Source of the DNA: Chrysomallon squamiferum
Lineage: Eukaryota > Animalia > Mollusca
Direction: 5' to 3'
Assembly: GCA_012295275.1 (NCBI GenBank)
Contig: CM022677.1
Coordinates: 13,578,001-13,642,000, forward strand
DNA length: 64,000 bases
Below the pieces are notes generated by a model. That model was given only the letters and a program-made list of their open reading frames with translations. It was not told the origin of the DNA and made no database searches. Positions 1 through 14,426 of the stretch are shown here, in pieces. The position numbers and the translations under genes were made by a program. Each line of letters begins with the position of its first letter. Positions within the stretch are counted from its first letter, which is position 1.

Positions 1-1028
1 CCCTGGAATCACGACAGTTCGTAGTGATTAGCTGAGAACAAACAAGGTTAACTTGTTGTTTTATTATGATAACTGCGAATTTTTCGCTATTTTTTTCTCA
101 TTACATTCAAGGTGTATAGTGTAATATACTTTATATTTCTTATTATACCTGAAGATCTCTTATTACATTAGATATTAGTATAACCGCTCCACCAGTAATT
201 ATCAATATAACAAGTATTATATTTGTCAACAATAGAAGAATCACAACAATAATAACACCATAATATCGCGCCTTCTCACTTCTTTATTATTATTTTTGAT
301 TTTTCTGACGCTATTCTCTTAGTTTCATTAGAACTGTTCTGAGAGTGGATATAAAAATGGCTTCTTATTTTTTATTGTAATAAAATCTTTTTAAAATTAA
401 TCTGAAACAGATATATTTTTAATTACATAATTTGATAAATAACCTCTGAATTTTAGGTAAATCATGTAATTTCATGTAGAGAGAGAGAGATGTATATTAT
501 GTCGCGGAATCTCCTGTTACTATGGTGATACAAATAAAATATCACATATTGTCAGTAATATCAATACAATAGAAATTACAATCTTCATCTAGCATATCAC
601 GCTCTTCGGTATAGTCCTGTTTCTGTTAATAAAAAAATTACTTAATATGAAAGACCATCATTTTTCAGTACAATGAGAACGACATTAATTTGTGGGGGGG
701 GGGAATATATAAGAACATATTCGTATTTAGATGTGGAGCGAAGATGTTACGCTTCTGTTTTACGTTAATTTCACAAAATCATTCATAACTTTAATGTCGT
801 TTATAATAAAATATTCCATAAGACAGAGAATTCTTTTTGAATTCATAACAAACATCAAAAAATGTCTATGAATCTCAGTTTTGTCGTATAAACAGCCGTG
901 ATGTTAGTTGAAGGAGTTTTTCTTTCTTTATTTATTTATTTATTTATTTATTTTGTCGTATAAACGGCCGTGATTTATTTTATTTTTTCGTTTAGTAATC
1001 GTTCTGGACACGTAAAAAAAAAAAAAAG

Positions 1029-1310
1029 CTATGTGAGAAGTAAATATATGCATTTAGTCATCAAACACTCACTAAAATATTACCCAAGCCACGCTGAATC
1101 ACATACATGTATGTAACAGAAAAATAAGTAATACTCAGATGAAACTATATAAAGAGAGAGTTACCAGCTTTTGATGATGAATATCAGCAGACAGTCATAA
1201 AAGGAAGTTATTATCTGAAACATTTTAACACTATAAAAGTAAGAATAACAGTTACTGAAAAAGACAACATAACTAGGAGTACAACGCAGCACGACTCCAA
1301 TGATGGCGAC

Positions 1311-1360
<50 letters not shown>

Positions 1361-2573
1361 TGGGTGAACACACTACGAAAGTAAGAACAATAGTTAATAA
1401 AAAGGCAACATAATAACGAGAAGTAGTTCAAAATTGTAGACAATGCAGACACGACAGCAACCTCGGCGACATTAACAAAATTAATAATAATATATTTTAA
1501 TGTGGGATGCACACACTAACAAAGTGAGGATAACACTTAATAAAAAGCGGAACAGAATAATTAAAACTACTCCAAAAGCGCGAAGAACAACTCCTACACG
1601 ACGCCAGCTACGGCGACTATAATAAAATATGAAAGTTTAACAACGTTATTAACATGCGCAACAGGATAAAGAGAAGGAAACCAAAAACGTTAAGAACAAT
1701 GCAGCCACGGCGACAGTGACATCGTCATTAACAGAACAATGAAAAGACAGCACAATAATTAAACTAATAACGTTAAGAACAACTCAGGTACGACGGCAAC
1801 GACGTCGACATGAAAACAAATAGCAATACTATATTTTGAAATAGGATCTACACACTAAGAAATTAAGGACAGAAGTTAATAAAAACCTCAAAAGAATAAT
1901 GATAAAGACAAGAATACCGTGCAGGACAACGCAGACACGACGCCAACTTTGGCGACAGCAATAGTAATAATAATAATATTTTTCATATAGGGTGCGCACA
2001 GTACAATACTTTATAAAAAGCGAAACAACACGCAGCATCAGAATTTGTAACAATGACAACGGTAGCGAGAGTATGCAGTAACGTTACAGCTAAACAAACA
2101 GGTTGTTGTTCACTTTCACCAGCTACTGAAACCAGACACATCAGTAGCAAACAGGGGAGCATTGTCAGGATATACTTACATCGAATGCAGTGATAAATGG
2201 TCCTCAGTCTGAATTAGAAAAAATAAAAACAAAAGCATATTCTTGAGAATAAGAAAGGCTGATAAATCTCCAGATACAAACAGAGCCTCAGTCATGTCGT
2301 GTTAAATATGGGCATCGTGGACTGATTATAAACAGATTGGTCTTTGTTCACTGACACGTGTAGGCAGTGGGCAGATGTGGAACCAAATCACCAGTAATAA
2401 CAGAATTACCAAGTCTTGTTCAGCTAATGTTCCTTGTCCTTCATAAATTATTATAGTTAAATTATTTCTCTGTTTTCTTCACAACTCGTGCAGCTGTAAG
2501 CAAGGTAAGCAAAATATTTCTTTATATTGAATATATGAATAATTAAATGTGAATTTTAATTTGGGTTTTCATT

Positions 2574-2627
<54 letters not shown>

Positions 2628-3084
2628 TAATAATAATAATAATAATAATAATAAACGTGGTTATAAAAAGAAATTAGGATTATCTTGTTTAATTATACTT
2701 TGGTTCATTTTATTATTATTATTATTATTATTATGATTATCATCATTATTATTATTATTATTATTATTATTTCTTTAAAAAATATTATTCATTTATGTGT
2801 AGGGGGTTGGAATTAAAAACTGATAGAAAATAAATAGATATTTCTTTTCATTTGACTAACTGATCATAATGACTACGAGATATTGTTCCAGAACCAACCA
2901 TAGTTCACAAACATTCTGCAAAAGATAAGCATGTTTTCAATACAAATTTGCTAAATGTGTGTTTGTGTGTGTGTGTGTTTGGGTGTGTGTGAATATTGTT
3001 ATTTTTTCTTTCTTATTTTGCTTTATAATAGAAAAATGCAAGGACAAAAAGACAGAAATAATAATAACATGGAGGGCAAACACA

Positions 3085-3119
<35 letters not shown>

Positions 3120-4686
3120 TAATAATAATAATAATAATTTTCACAGACTCTGGCGCGTGAATATGAACACGATTGTTCTCATTAGGTACAATAATGTGGA
3201 CACGTTACTCTGCTAAAACTCCATAGCGGTCAGTTCTGAGTACGTACTTGTAAAACAATACTTGAGACCATTATAATTCATTTTTATTTGTTGATAATTA
3301 TTAGTCCCATTTACAATGCATTAAAGGTCGTATTACATGTAAAAAGCAAATTGTTATTTGAATGATTGCCTTGATACATTCATTATAATGCTTGATGCAG
3401 TTTTACAACAGAAAATAAGAAATACAAAAATAAAATACAAAAACAAATTAAAGGTCCGTCAACAGGCCGTATAAAAACAATTAGTTACAAATTAAGTTTT
3501 CACTCTTTTTCGTTAAAACAAAAAGCATTCAACTTCTAAAGCAATGAGTTTCCTATTTTAAGCTTTTTTTTTAAATCATTGGTCCGTGATAATCCAGGGC
3601 TCGAAATGGCCCGTCGCAAGGTCACCAACAACATTTGGGTTAATCGCCCAAAAAAGATATTACTAATTTTATCGCAAATATTTATTTCACATAAAAGGAT
3701 TGACCATAGTCCCATAAGCTGGAGGTATCGACTTACCTTATTTGCCGACATCTATTTATAAACACTAATGCTATAGTGAAATCTTACCTTAAAGAATTAT
3801 CGGTTGGTTAACGGAGAAAGTTATCATAGGAGATAACTCTATAAGCAAGTGTTTGCTATTGTTTTTCCTTTTCTATTCAAGCATTAATTAGCTAGAGTGA
3901 AGACATCCAACAAACCTAACGAACTTAGTTAAGTTAAAGAATGATCGGTTGGTTAACGGAACAAGTTAGCATGGGAGATAACTGTATAACCTTGTATTTG
4001 CTATTGTTTTTTCTTTTCAATTCCAGTAGGGTTACTTACCGAGAATAAAAAAAAAAAAATTTAAATAAATAAAAATAAAAACAAAAATAAAATTAAAAAG
4101 TAATTGTTTTCATGTTTTTGTCACACGCTAAACTTTACTTATTGTCGTCATTTCACATTGCTTTAATTTTTATTTCTTATAACGTATTATAGCGTGCATA
4201 ATCATCAGCTTGAACGTTGAAAATGTCAGTGATAGATATTCATAAGAAAAAAAAAAGTAAGTTCTTCTGGAGTAATATTATTTATTCATGTTGGAGGCGT
4301 ATAGAATTAAATTTGGAAATCAAAATATTTAAAGTGTTAAATCAATTGTAATATATTTTATCTGGACAAATAAGACTCAATAAAATGATTTTTATATATA
4401 TATATTTTTCATCTAGGTTAGGTCAGTTATTGTAAATAATGTACCACTATTAGTATGTATATGTATCAGTATTATAAGAATTTAGATTGTTTTTGTTTTG
4501 CAACTGAAAAGGATATGATACTTCTAATTTTAAGGCTATTGTATTAATTCTTAGATTAATTGATTTTATATTGCATATTTTATAATTTTGTTTGTTATTT
4601 TAAATTATGTTTTCATTTTTATTTATAATAAAAAGCTATTGTCTTCTTCAGTTTGACTTGTCAGTACAGAAAGTTCACATTCCAAA
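1029..4686. repeat. Tandem duplication, copy A (3658 bp)
   Basis: Starts CTATGTGAGAAGTAAATATATG at 1029; the same text restarts at 4687. Copies differ mainly in microsatellite/homopolymer lengths and a few single bases. Confidence 0.97.
1240..2070 (+). repeat. Diverged ~120-bp satellite-like array (also in copy B at ~4900-5730)
   Basis: Recurring unit core (ACG)GCGACATTAA..AAAT..TAATAATATATTTTAAT....GCACACTAAGAAAGTAAGAA at ~1305, 1465, 1800 and 1950. Confidence 0.7.
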
Positions 4687-4968
4687 CTATGTGAGAAGTA
4701 AATATATGCATTTAGTCATCAAACACTCACTAAAATATTACCCAAGCCACGCTGAATCACATACATGTATGTAACAGAAAAATAAGTAATACTCAGATGA
4801 AACTATATAAAGAGAGAGTTACCAGCTTTTGATGATGAATATCAGCAGACAGTCATAAAAGGAAGTTATTATCTGAAACATTTTAACACTATAAAAGTAA
4901 GAATAACAGTTACTGAAAAAGACAACATAACTAGGAGTACAACGCAGCACGACTCCAATGATGGCGAC

Positions 4969-5018
<50 letters not shown>

Positions 5019-6233
5019 TGGGTGAACACACTACGAAAGTAAGAACAATAGTTAATAAAAAGGGCAACATAATAACGAGAAGTAGTTCAAAAATTGTAGA
5101 CAATGCAGACACGACAGCAACCTCGGCGACATTAACAAAATTAATAATAATATATTTTAATGTGGGATGCACACACTAACAAAGTGAGGATAACACTTAA
5201 TAAAAAGCGGAACAGAATAATTAAAACTACTCCAAAAGCGCGAAGAACAACTCCTACACGACGCCAGCTACGGCGACTATAATAAAATATGAAAGTTTAA
5301 CAACGTTATTAACATGCGCAACAGGATAAAGAGAAGGAAACCAAAAACGTTAAGAACAATGCAGCCACGGCGACAGTGACATCGTCATTAACAGAACAAT
5401 GAAAAGACAGCACAATAATTAAACTAATAACGTTAAGAACAACTCAGGTACGACGGCAATGACGTCGACATGAAAACAAATAGCAATACTATATTTTGAA
5501 ATAGGATCTACACACTAAGAAATTAAGGACAGAAGTTAATAAAAACCTCAAAAGAATAATGATAAAGACAAGAATACCGTGCAGGACAACGCAGACACGA
5601 CGCCAACTTTGGCGACAGCAATAGTAATAATAATAATATTTTTCATATAGGGTGCGCACAGTACAATACTTTATAAAAAGCGAAACAACACGCAGCATCA
5701 GAATTTGTAACAATGACAACGGTAGCGAGAGTATGCAGTAACGTTACAGCTAAACAAACAGGTTGTTGTTCACTTTCACCAGCTACTGAAACCAGACACA
5801 TCAGTAGCAAACAGGGGAGCATTGTCAGGATATACTTACATCGAATGCAGTGATAAATGGTCCTCAGTCTGAATTAGAAAAAAATAAAACAAAAGCATAT
5901 TCTTGAGAATAAGAAAGGCTGATAAATCTCCAGATACAAACAGAGCCTCAGTCATGTCGTGTTAAATATGGGCATCGTGGACTGATTATAAACAGATTGG
6001 TCTTTGTTCACTGACACGTGTAGGCAGTGGGCAGATGTGGAACCAAATCACCAGTAATAACAGAATTACCAAGTCTTGTTCAGCTAATGTTCCTTGTCCT
6101 TCATAAATTATTATAGTTAAATTATTTCTCTGTTTTCTTCACAACTCGTGCAGCTGTAAGCAAGGTAAGCAAAATATTTCTTTATATTGAATATATGAAT
6201 AATTAAATGTGAATTTTAATTTGGGTTTTCATT

Positions 6234-6284
<51 letters not shown>

Positions 6285-6399
6285 TAATAATAATAATAAT
6301 AATAATAATAAACGTGGTTATAAAAAGAAATTAGGATTATCTTGTTTAATTATACTTTGGTTCATTTTATTATTATTATTATTATTATTATGATTATCA

Positions 6400-6431
<32 letters not shown>

Positions 6432-6762
6432 TCTTTAAAAAATATTATTCATTTATGTGTAGGGGGTTGGAATTAAAAACTGATAGAAAATAAATAGATA
6501 TTTCTTTTCATTTGACTAACTGATCATAATGACTACGAGATATTGTTCCAGAACCAACCATAGTTCACAAACATTCTGCAAAAGATAAGCATGTTTTCAA
6601 TACAAATTTGCTAAATGTGTGTTTGTGTGTGTGTGTGTGTTTGGGTGTGTGTGTGTTTGGGTGTGTGTGAATATTGTTATTTTTTCTTTCTTATTTTGCT
6701 TTATAATAGAAAAATGCAAGGACAAAAAGACAGAAATAATAATAACATGGAGGGCAAACACA

Positions 6763-6821
<59 letters not shown>

Positions 6822-8372
6822 TTTCACAGACTCTGGCGCGTGAATATGAACACGATTGTTCTCATTAGGTACAATAATGTGGACACGTTACTCTGCTAAA
6901 ACTCCATAGCGGTCAGTTCTGAGTACGTACTTGTAAAACAATACTTGAGACCATTATAATTCATTTTTATTTGTTGATAATTATTAGTCCCATTTACAAT
7001 GCATTAAAGGTCGTATTACATGTAAAAAGCAAATTGTTATTTGAATGATTGCCTTGATACATTCATTATAATGCTTGATGCAGTTTTACAACAGAAAATA
7101 AGAAATACAAAAATAAAATACAAAAACAAATTAAAGGTCCGTCAACAGGCCGTATAAAAACAATTAGTTACAAATTAAGTTTTCACTCTTTTTCGTTAAA
7201 ACAAAAAGCATTCAACTTCTAAAGCAATGAGTTTCCTATTTTAAGCTTTTTTTTAAAATCATTGGTCCGTGATAATCCAGGGCTCGAAATGGCCCGTCGC
7301 AAGGTCACCAACAACATTTGGGTTAATCGCCCAAAAAAGATATTACTAATTTTATCGCAAATATTTATTTCACATAAAAGGATTGACCATAGTCCCATAA
7401 GCTGGAGGTATCGACTTACCTTATTTGCCGACATCTATTTATAAACACTAATGCTATAGTGAAATCTTACCTTAAAGAATTATCGGTTGGTTAACGGAGA
7501 AAGTTATCATAGGAGATAACTCTATAAGCAAGTGTTTGCTATTGTTTTTCCTTTTCTATTCAAGCATTAATTAGCTAGAGTGAAGACATCCAACAAACCT
7601 AACGAACTTAGTTAAGTTAAAGAATGATCGGTTGGTTAACGGAACAAGTTATCATGGGAGATAACTGTATAACCTTGTATTTGCTATTGTTTTTTCTTTT
7701 CAATTCCAGTAGGGTTACTTACCGAGAATAAAAAAAAAAAAAAATTTAAATAAATAAAAATAAAAACAAAAATAAAATTAAAAGGTAATTGTTTTTCATG
7801 TTTTTGTCACACGCTAAACTTTACTTATTGTCGTCATTTCACATTGCTTTAATTTTTATTTCTTATAACGTATTATAGCGTGCATAATCATCAGCTTGAA
7901 CGTTGAAAATGTCAGTGATAGATATTCATAAGAAAAAAAAAAGTAAGTTCTTCTGGAGTAATATTATTTATTCATGTTGGAGGCGTATAGAATTAAATTT
8001 GGAAATCAAAATATTTAAAGTGTTAAATCAATTGTAATATATTTTATCTGGACAAATAAGACTCAATAAAATGATTTTTATATATATATATTTTTCATCT
8101 AGGTTAGGTCAGTTATTGTAAATAATGTACCACTATTAGTATGTATATGTATCAGTATTATAAGAATTTAGATTGTTTTTGTTTTGCAACTGAAAAGGAT
8201 ATGATACTTCTAATTTTAAGGCTATTGTATTAATTCTTAGATTAATTGATTTTATATTGCATATTTTATAATTTTGTTTGTTATTTTAAATTATGTTTTC
8301 ATTTTTATTTATAATAAAAAGCTATTGTCTTCTTCAGTTTGACTTGTCAGTACAGAAAGTTCACATTCCAAA
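4687..8372. repeat. Tandem duplication, copy B
   Basis: Near-identical to 1029-4686 and ends ...AAAGTTCACATTCCAAA like copy A. The ORF track shows duplicated spurious ORFs (1829/5489, 3579/7262). Confidence 0.97.
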
Positions 8373-11029
8373 CAGTCCACTCCAGCCTGAACCAGTTTAC
8401 TTCCTTGTGCCAAGAAATGTGGAATTTTTAAAATATGTTCTGAAAGCCAATCTATCAGCTGGTGATTCAGTTAATCTATTAATTAATTTATTTATTTATT
8501 TGTTTTGATGTGTTTGCTTTTTGTCTTGTTTGTTATTGTGTATGCTATATATTTATTTATTTTTTTGACCTATGTGATCGTGATATTTTATGTTATGTTT
8601 TTGAATTTAATTAATCAAACATTTGTGTCTATTTATTTGTTTGAATTAAAGTTTGGCTCTCAGTTTTTCACTGTTTCTATCAAGATGTTTTTAAGTGTAA
8701 ATTCAATTTTTAATTCATTGAATGTGTTATGTAGCATTTGGTTGTCACTGGAAAAATGTGGTCAGAGAAATAAGTAATATTTCATGGTTTCAGAAATTTC
8801 ACCAAATTTACAGTTTGGTGTTGTGTTTATTTTGTGTTTGAATTTGATTGTGTTTAGATTTGGAGTAGCTGATTCTGAGTTTGGTAATGTTGATGTTATG
8901 TAGTTTGCTACTAAAATGATTTTGTGTTTGAATTTGATTGTGTTTAGATTGGTGGAGTAGTTGATTCTGACTCTGGTAAGGTTGTTATGTAGTTTGTTAC
9001 TAAAATGATTTTGGGTTTTGATGATGAAAGGTGTAACTAATGTTTATTTTATTTGATTACTGTTTGCTGGTTGCAACATTCACCCACTCCAGTCTCCATT
9101 TCAATATGGCTGACTGTTGTTTAAAAACTAGATTATAGTGAAAGGTGTGTTTAAAACTAGATTGTAGTGAAAGGTGAGTTTTAAAGGGTTGATCAGGGCC
9201 TAGATCCTTCATGAGATGTGTATTACAGAGAGTGGATTTTAACACAGTATTTTAGTATCTGTAGGTTTTTGTCTGTATTTCAAGTGTTGTATATTTTATT
9301 CTAACATAAGACTGTCAGGCAGTGTGATGTTTGGTAAAAGTTTTTACAAGATGTGATTATCTTCTGTATGTGGCATCCAAACTTGGCTGTCGAATGTGAC
9401 CATATTAAAGTCTTTTTCCATAATCTGTGAAAATTGTAATTACTTTTCATCCATTTACTGAATGTTTGATTTATGGAATTTAGTAAATTGTTGTTCATGC
9501 AGTGTTTTGTTCTAATGCTGTTTTGTTAGTTACTTATTAAACTGTTGTTGTTTAAGTTTTGTGTTTACAGTGTGTCAAGGGTTTTACATATGTGATGTTA
9601 CTGTAACTGGTCTGCAGTTGATTGGTAGTGAATGGTCTTTGTAAGGTTTATGTTGACTAAAACATTCAGCAAGTTTCCAGCCTGTTGGTATCTTACCTAT
9701 TGACCAAATTACATTAAAGAGATCAAGTATTATTACTAATGTTTTTGACTATTTTGTATTTTTCTCATGTGGATTGATTCTTTTTTTTTTTAGATTTGTT
9801 TTTTTTATTTTTTTTTTTATATTGTCTTCTGTATTTATTTATTTCCAATAAGCTCAGTTCATAACAGAAATAATAATAACAATTTAAAAAAAATGTAGGT
9901 AGGATTACAGTTTTATTTGACACTATACTTGTCACATGTAGTTACAGTATCCAGTGTTATGTCTGAAATTACAACATATGAAATGTTAGTCATTCAAAGT
10001 TTAAAATTACATATGTGTGAGAGTGTGTATGTATGTGTGTGCGTGTGTGAGTGTGTGTTAGATATTAAAATACATAAGGATGATGACTATGATAATAATA
10101 ATAATTACAACAACAACAACAACGATAATTATAATAATGGTCATTTAGTTTATACATTCTGGTTCTTTTGAAGTGTGTTCGAGCAAAAAAAATAACTTAG
10201 ACATTAATGAATAAAATATTAGAATTATGCTTTTGTGAAAGCTCAGATAAAAAAAAAAATATATATATAGAATTACATATTTCTTTTTTAATTCTCAAAA
10301 TTTGTTTGTTTTACTGTTAATGTGAGATGTTTGCAATATTTGGATCATATTAATTTTGAATTACATAATAATAATAGGAATTTACTGTATACATTTTGGT
10401 TCTTTTGAAATTTGTTTTAACACTAAACTATCTGTTAAAAGATGACAGTTTATGAAAGATTACATAAAAAAATTTAAAATTGCATGTGTATATAATAGTA
10501 GACATTAAGTTTAGAATTACACTTATAATGACATGTTTATTATTATATATGTGTGAAATGTTTAATAAACATGGTAAATGTTTTTATTCTATGAATAAAG
10601 AAAGGAGTCTATGAGCTGAAAAGACTGAGTACTGAAGTAGGTACATGAAAGTATTTGTATATAAATAAATAATGTATGTAAGAACAGACACAGATAATAT
10701 ATATCTATATATAAATCATACTTCATGGTTGATTAAAAATATACAAAAAAAACCCAAAACAACAAAAATACTAAATAAATACAAGCATCCTCTCTCTCTC
10801 TCACACGCAACATATTAACACTTTGTGGTGTAGGCAACAGAATATATATCTACGTATGTGCGTCTGTGACTGTGTGTATGAGTGTATAACAGTAAACTTT
10901 AGACTAATTTACTAATGTCTAAATAAAGTAAGAATATGGGCCAAAAGAATCTATTCTTTATTTCTATAATCTAACAATTAACAGATAGATCACAGAGATT
11001 CTTTTTATAAACATTTTCCAATAACATAG

Positions 11030-12300
11030 CAGACATAGTGCCTCAGTTGCAATAATTCGACTCACTCAAAAGGCAGTACATACCACATTATCTAACATAC
11101 TAGACAGAGTGCACTGGATGGACAAAATTGACTCATTGACAGGGCAGTACGTATCACAGTCTCTAATATACTCTACACACAGTGCAATGGATGGAACAAA
11201 TGAAATCACTGACAGGGTAACACATACCAGACAGACTATAAAACACTATGCAGAATGCACTTGCTGGATAAAACTGACTGACACAGAGGCAGTATGTACC
11301 ACAACCTCTAATGTACAGGACACAGTGGACTAGATGGACTCACTGACATACACAACAGCAGTCTTATATAAAACAGCTCTCTTATATAAAACAGCAGTCT
11401 TATATAAAACAGGTCTCTTATATAAAACAGGTATCTTATATAAAACAGCAGTTTTATATAAAACAGGTCTCTTATATAAAACAGCAGTCTTATATAAAAC
11501 AGCGCTCTTATATAAAACAGCTGTCTTATATAAAACAGCAGTCTTATATAAAACAGCTCTCTCATATAAAACAGCTCTCTTATATAAAACAGCAGTCTTA
11601 TATAAAACAGCAGTCTTATATAAAACAGCTCTCTTATATAAAACAGCTCTCTTATATAAAACGGCAGTCTTATATAAAACGGCAGTCTTATATAAAACAG
11701 CTCTCTTATATAAAACGGCAGTCTTATATAAAACAGCTCTCTTATATAAAACGGCAGTCTTATATAAAACAGCAGTCTGATATAAAACAGCAGTCTTATA
11801 TAAAACAGCTCTCTCATATAAAACAGCTCTCTTATATAAAACAGCTCTCTTATATAAAACAGCAGTCTTATATAAAACAGCTCTCTCATATAAAACAGCT
11901 CTCTTATATAAAACAGCAGTCTTATATAAAACAGCTCTCTTATATAAAACAGCTCTCTTATATAAAACAGCTCTCTTATATAAAACAGCAGTCTTATATA
12001 AAACAGCGCTCTTATATAAAACGGCAGTCTTATATAAAACGGCAGTCTTATATAAAACAGCTCTCTTATATAAAACAGCGCTCTTATATAAAACAGCTCT
12101 CTTATATAAAACAGCGCTCTTATATAAAACAGCAGTCTTATATAAGTGAACTGGCTGGAACAGTTGGGCTCGCTGAGATGGTAGTGCGTACCACAACCTG
12201 TAATATACCAGATACAGGGCACTGGATAGAATAAACATACTCACTGACAGGGTAGCACATACCACAGTCTCTACTAGACATCATACACTGGATGAACAGA
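11030..12300 (+). repeat. ~60-bp diverged tandem repeat array interrupted by an 18-bp minisatellite
   Basis: Units like GCACTGGAT..A..AAA.TGACTCACTGACAGGG.AG.ACATACCACAGTCT lie on both sides of the 18-mer block (11030-11350 and 12150-12300). Confidence 0.75.
11354..12145 (+). repeat. 18-bp minisatellite (~44 units; AAACAGCAGTCTTATATA / AAACAGCTCTCTTATATA variants)
   Basis: Direct reading of the sequence. It produces the spurious YKTAVL and FYIRLL ORFs. Confidence 0.98.
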
Positions 12301-13388
12301 TCTATATATATATATACACACATCAATAATTTCCATTTTATAGAATTCTGAAATATATTCAAATATTTAATAGAACATTTTAGAATAAGGCATTAAATAT
12401 CATAATTCAGTTTAATGTTATTTTATTTAGAAGATTAATTATTTTTGTTACTTTATTTTTGACAGCTAGTGAGTATCTCTGAGTACAATTTCATAAATAT
12501 TTTAAAATATTTAAATATGTTTTCAATGAATATTTTAACGATAACCAACTGCTTAAGGAAAAAAATAATTAAATATTTATGAAAGGCATTAAGATCATGA
12601 TTCATTTATTAGTATTGTTATTTATTTCTGCTGTGGATGTTGAAAACTGAGAGTACTTTCACAAATATTTCTATATTTAAATATATTTTTTTCAGGGATA
12701 TACTACACAGTATTTGAGCTGTACAGAGAGAGAAAACAAATATAAAACACGACTTATAACTTACCATGTAACTAATATATAAAGAAATAAGGTTTAAGAA
12801 ACTATAAAATACATTTTGCTTTTTTTCTTGAGGCTTATTTTAGATCATGGTTTTAAATTTATATGCTTAATAAAAATCGTTTAAATAAATAAAATAAAAC
12901 AAATAATAAAGAAAAATTAAGTAAAACAAAAAATAAAATAAATAAATGAATAAATAAATAAATAGTATTCAAACATAAATATGGATACTCAAACTTAATT
13001 ATAAAAAAACCCATTTATTTTAATATCGTAACAGAACACAAATTTCTGTTTAAGTAGATTGTTTAACAGCTGAGCAGTCAGTTCGGAATATAAACATTGT
13101 CGAAATATTACATACATACATACATATATACATATCCACATCCATTCGTACCCACATACATTATATATATACACACATACATGCAAACATAAATACATAC
13201 ATAATACATCTATTGAAAACATGGTTGGTCAAACTTTTTTTTTTCTTTCCCATCCCCCTCACAAACCAGAAGTTCTTTAATCGCAAGATTTTGTGTTTCA
13301 ATAAAATAAATTATATTAATCGTAATACCAAATCACTTTTCGGTTGAATTCGTCACTTTTCGAATCTGCTCTTTTGCAATAATATTAC

Positions 13389-13436
<48 letters not shown>

Positions 13437-13614
13437 CGGTAATTTATTTCTTACATTATGATTATAAAAAATTAATAATAATAAATAAATAAAATAAAAA
13501 TAAAAATATTAATAGCAGCTGCATCATTGCGAAAGTTTCAAAATATTTTATGTAACTTAAAAAAAGTAAGAAAACAAATATATATTCATTACGTTATGGG
13601 AAAGTTGTATATTT

Positions 13615-13616
<2 letters not shown>

Positions 13617-13703
<87 letters not shown>
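13617..13703. repeat. (AG)n microsatellite
   Basis: Pure AG run; similar runs at ~19165, 39756 and 60716. Confidence 0.95.
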
Positions 13704-13705
<2 letters not shown>

Positions 13706-14109
13706 TGTTAAAATACGTTTGAATCAAAATAATAACAATAATCATATTTTAAATGATTTCAAATAATCATAGTTTAAAAGAACTTGGTTTTAGCATACGC
13801 TTACGCAATTATGAGACAACCCCGCCTTTCTTTTAACTCAAGGTCAAGTCGTTCTGACGCGCGTGCGTCTACGTCACAGTGTAGATCATTGTTGTTTGCA
13901 AAAGGAAGTAACAGTCACCAGAGCGACCTTGATTAAGGTAATTAATTAATTTTTGTTAAGTGTTTATTCAATATGGCCGCTAATTGCACCCGAACAGTGC
14001 ATCTCTATAGAATCTAAGTATTTCATTTTCTAGTTAAGAACTGGATACCACAGGCTCAATAAGCAAATTTATAAGAAATTCTGCTTTTTTGTTTAAGTTC
14101 TCCTGTGGA

Positions 14110-14426
14110 GAAACAGAACAGATTGCAGAACAATGGCACAACAGTGACAGAACAGTGACAAAATAGTGACAGGACAGTGACAAAATAGTGACAGAACAGT
14201 GACACAACAGTGACACAACAGTGTCAGGACAGTTACAGAACAGTGATAGAACAGTGACACAACAGTGACAGGACAGTGACAGAACATATGGCAGAACAGT
14301 GACACAACAGTGACACAACAGTGACATGATAGTGACAGAACAGTGACAGAATAGGTGACAGAATAGATGACAGAACAGTGACAGAACGTTGACAGAACAT
14401 TGACACAATAGTGATAGAACAGTGTC
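14110..14426 (+). repeat. 11-12-bp minisatellite (AACAGTGACAG-type)
   Basis: Repeated ACAGTGACA(C/G)A units. The Cys/His-rich minus-strand ORFs are by-products. Confidence 0.92.

Noticed and set aside
1161-6899. Poly-Ile/Asn ORFs
   Set aside because: They derive from (AAT)n microsatellites; the same applies at 37093-38449 and 41421-41795.
11308-12265. 304-, 311- and 148-aa ORFs with 6-aa periodicity
   Set aside because: They are by-products of an 18-bp minisatellite that is open in several frames on both strands. It is not a CRISPR array either, because there are no unique spacers.
13840-13945. CpG-containing patch with TGACGC/ACGTCA, GGAAGT and AG|GTAATT as a promoter or first exon
   Set aside because: Plausible, but no downstream exons can be linked to it from sequence alone.
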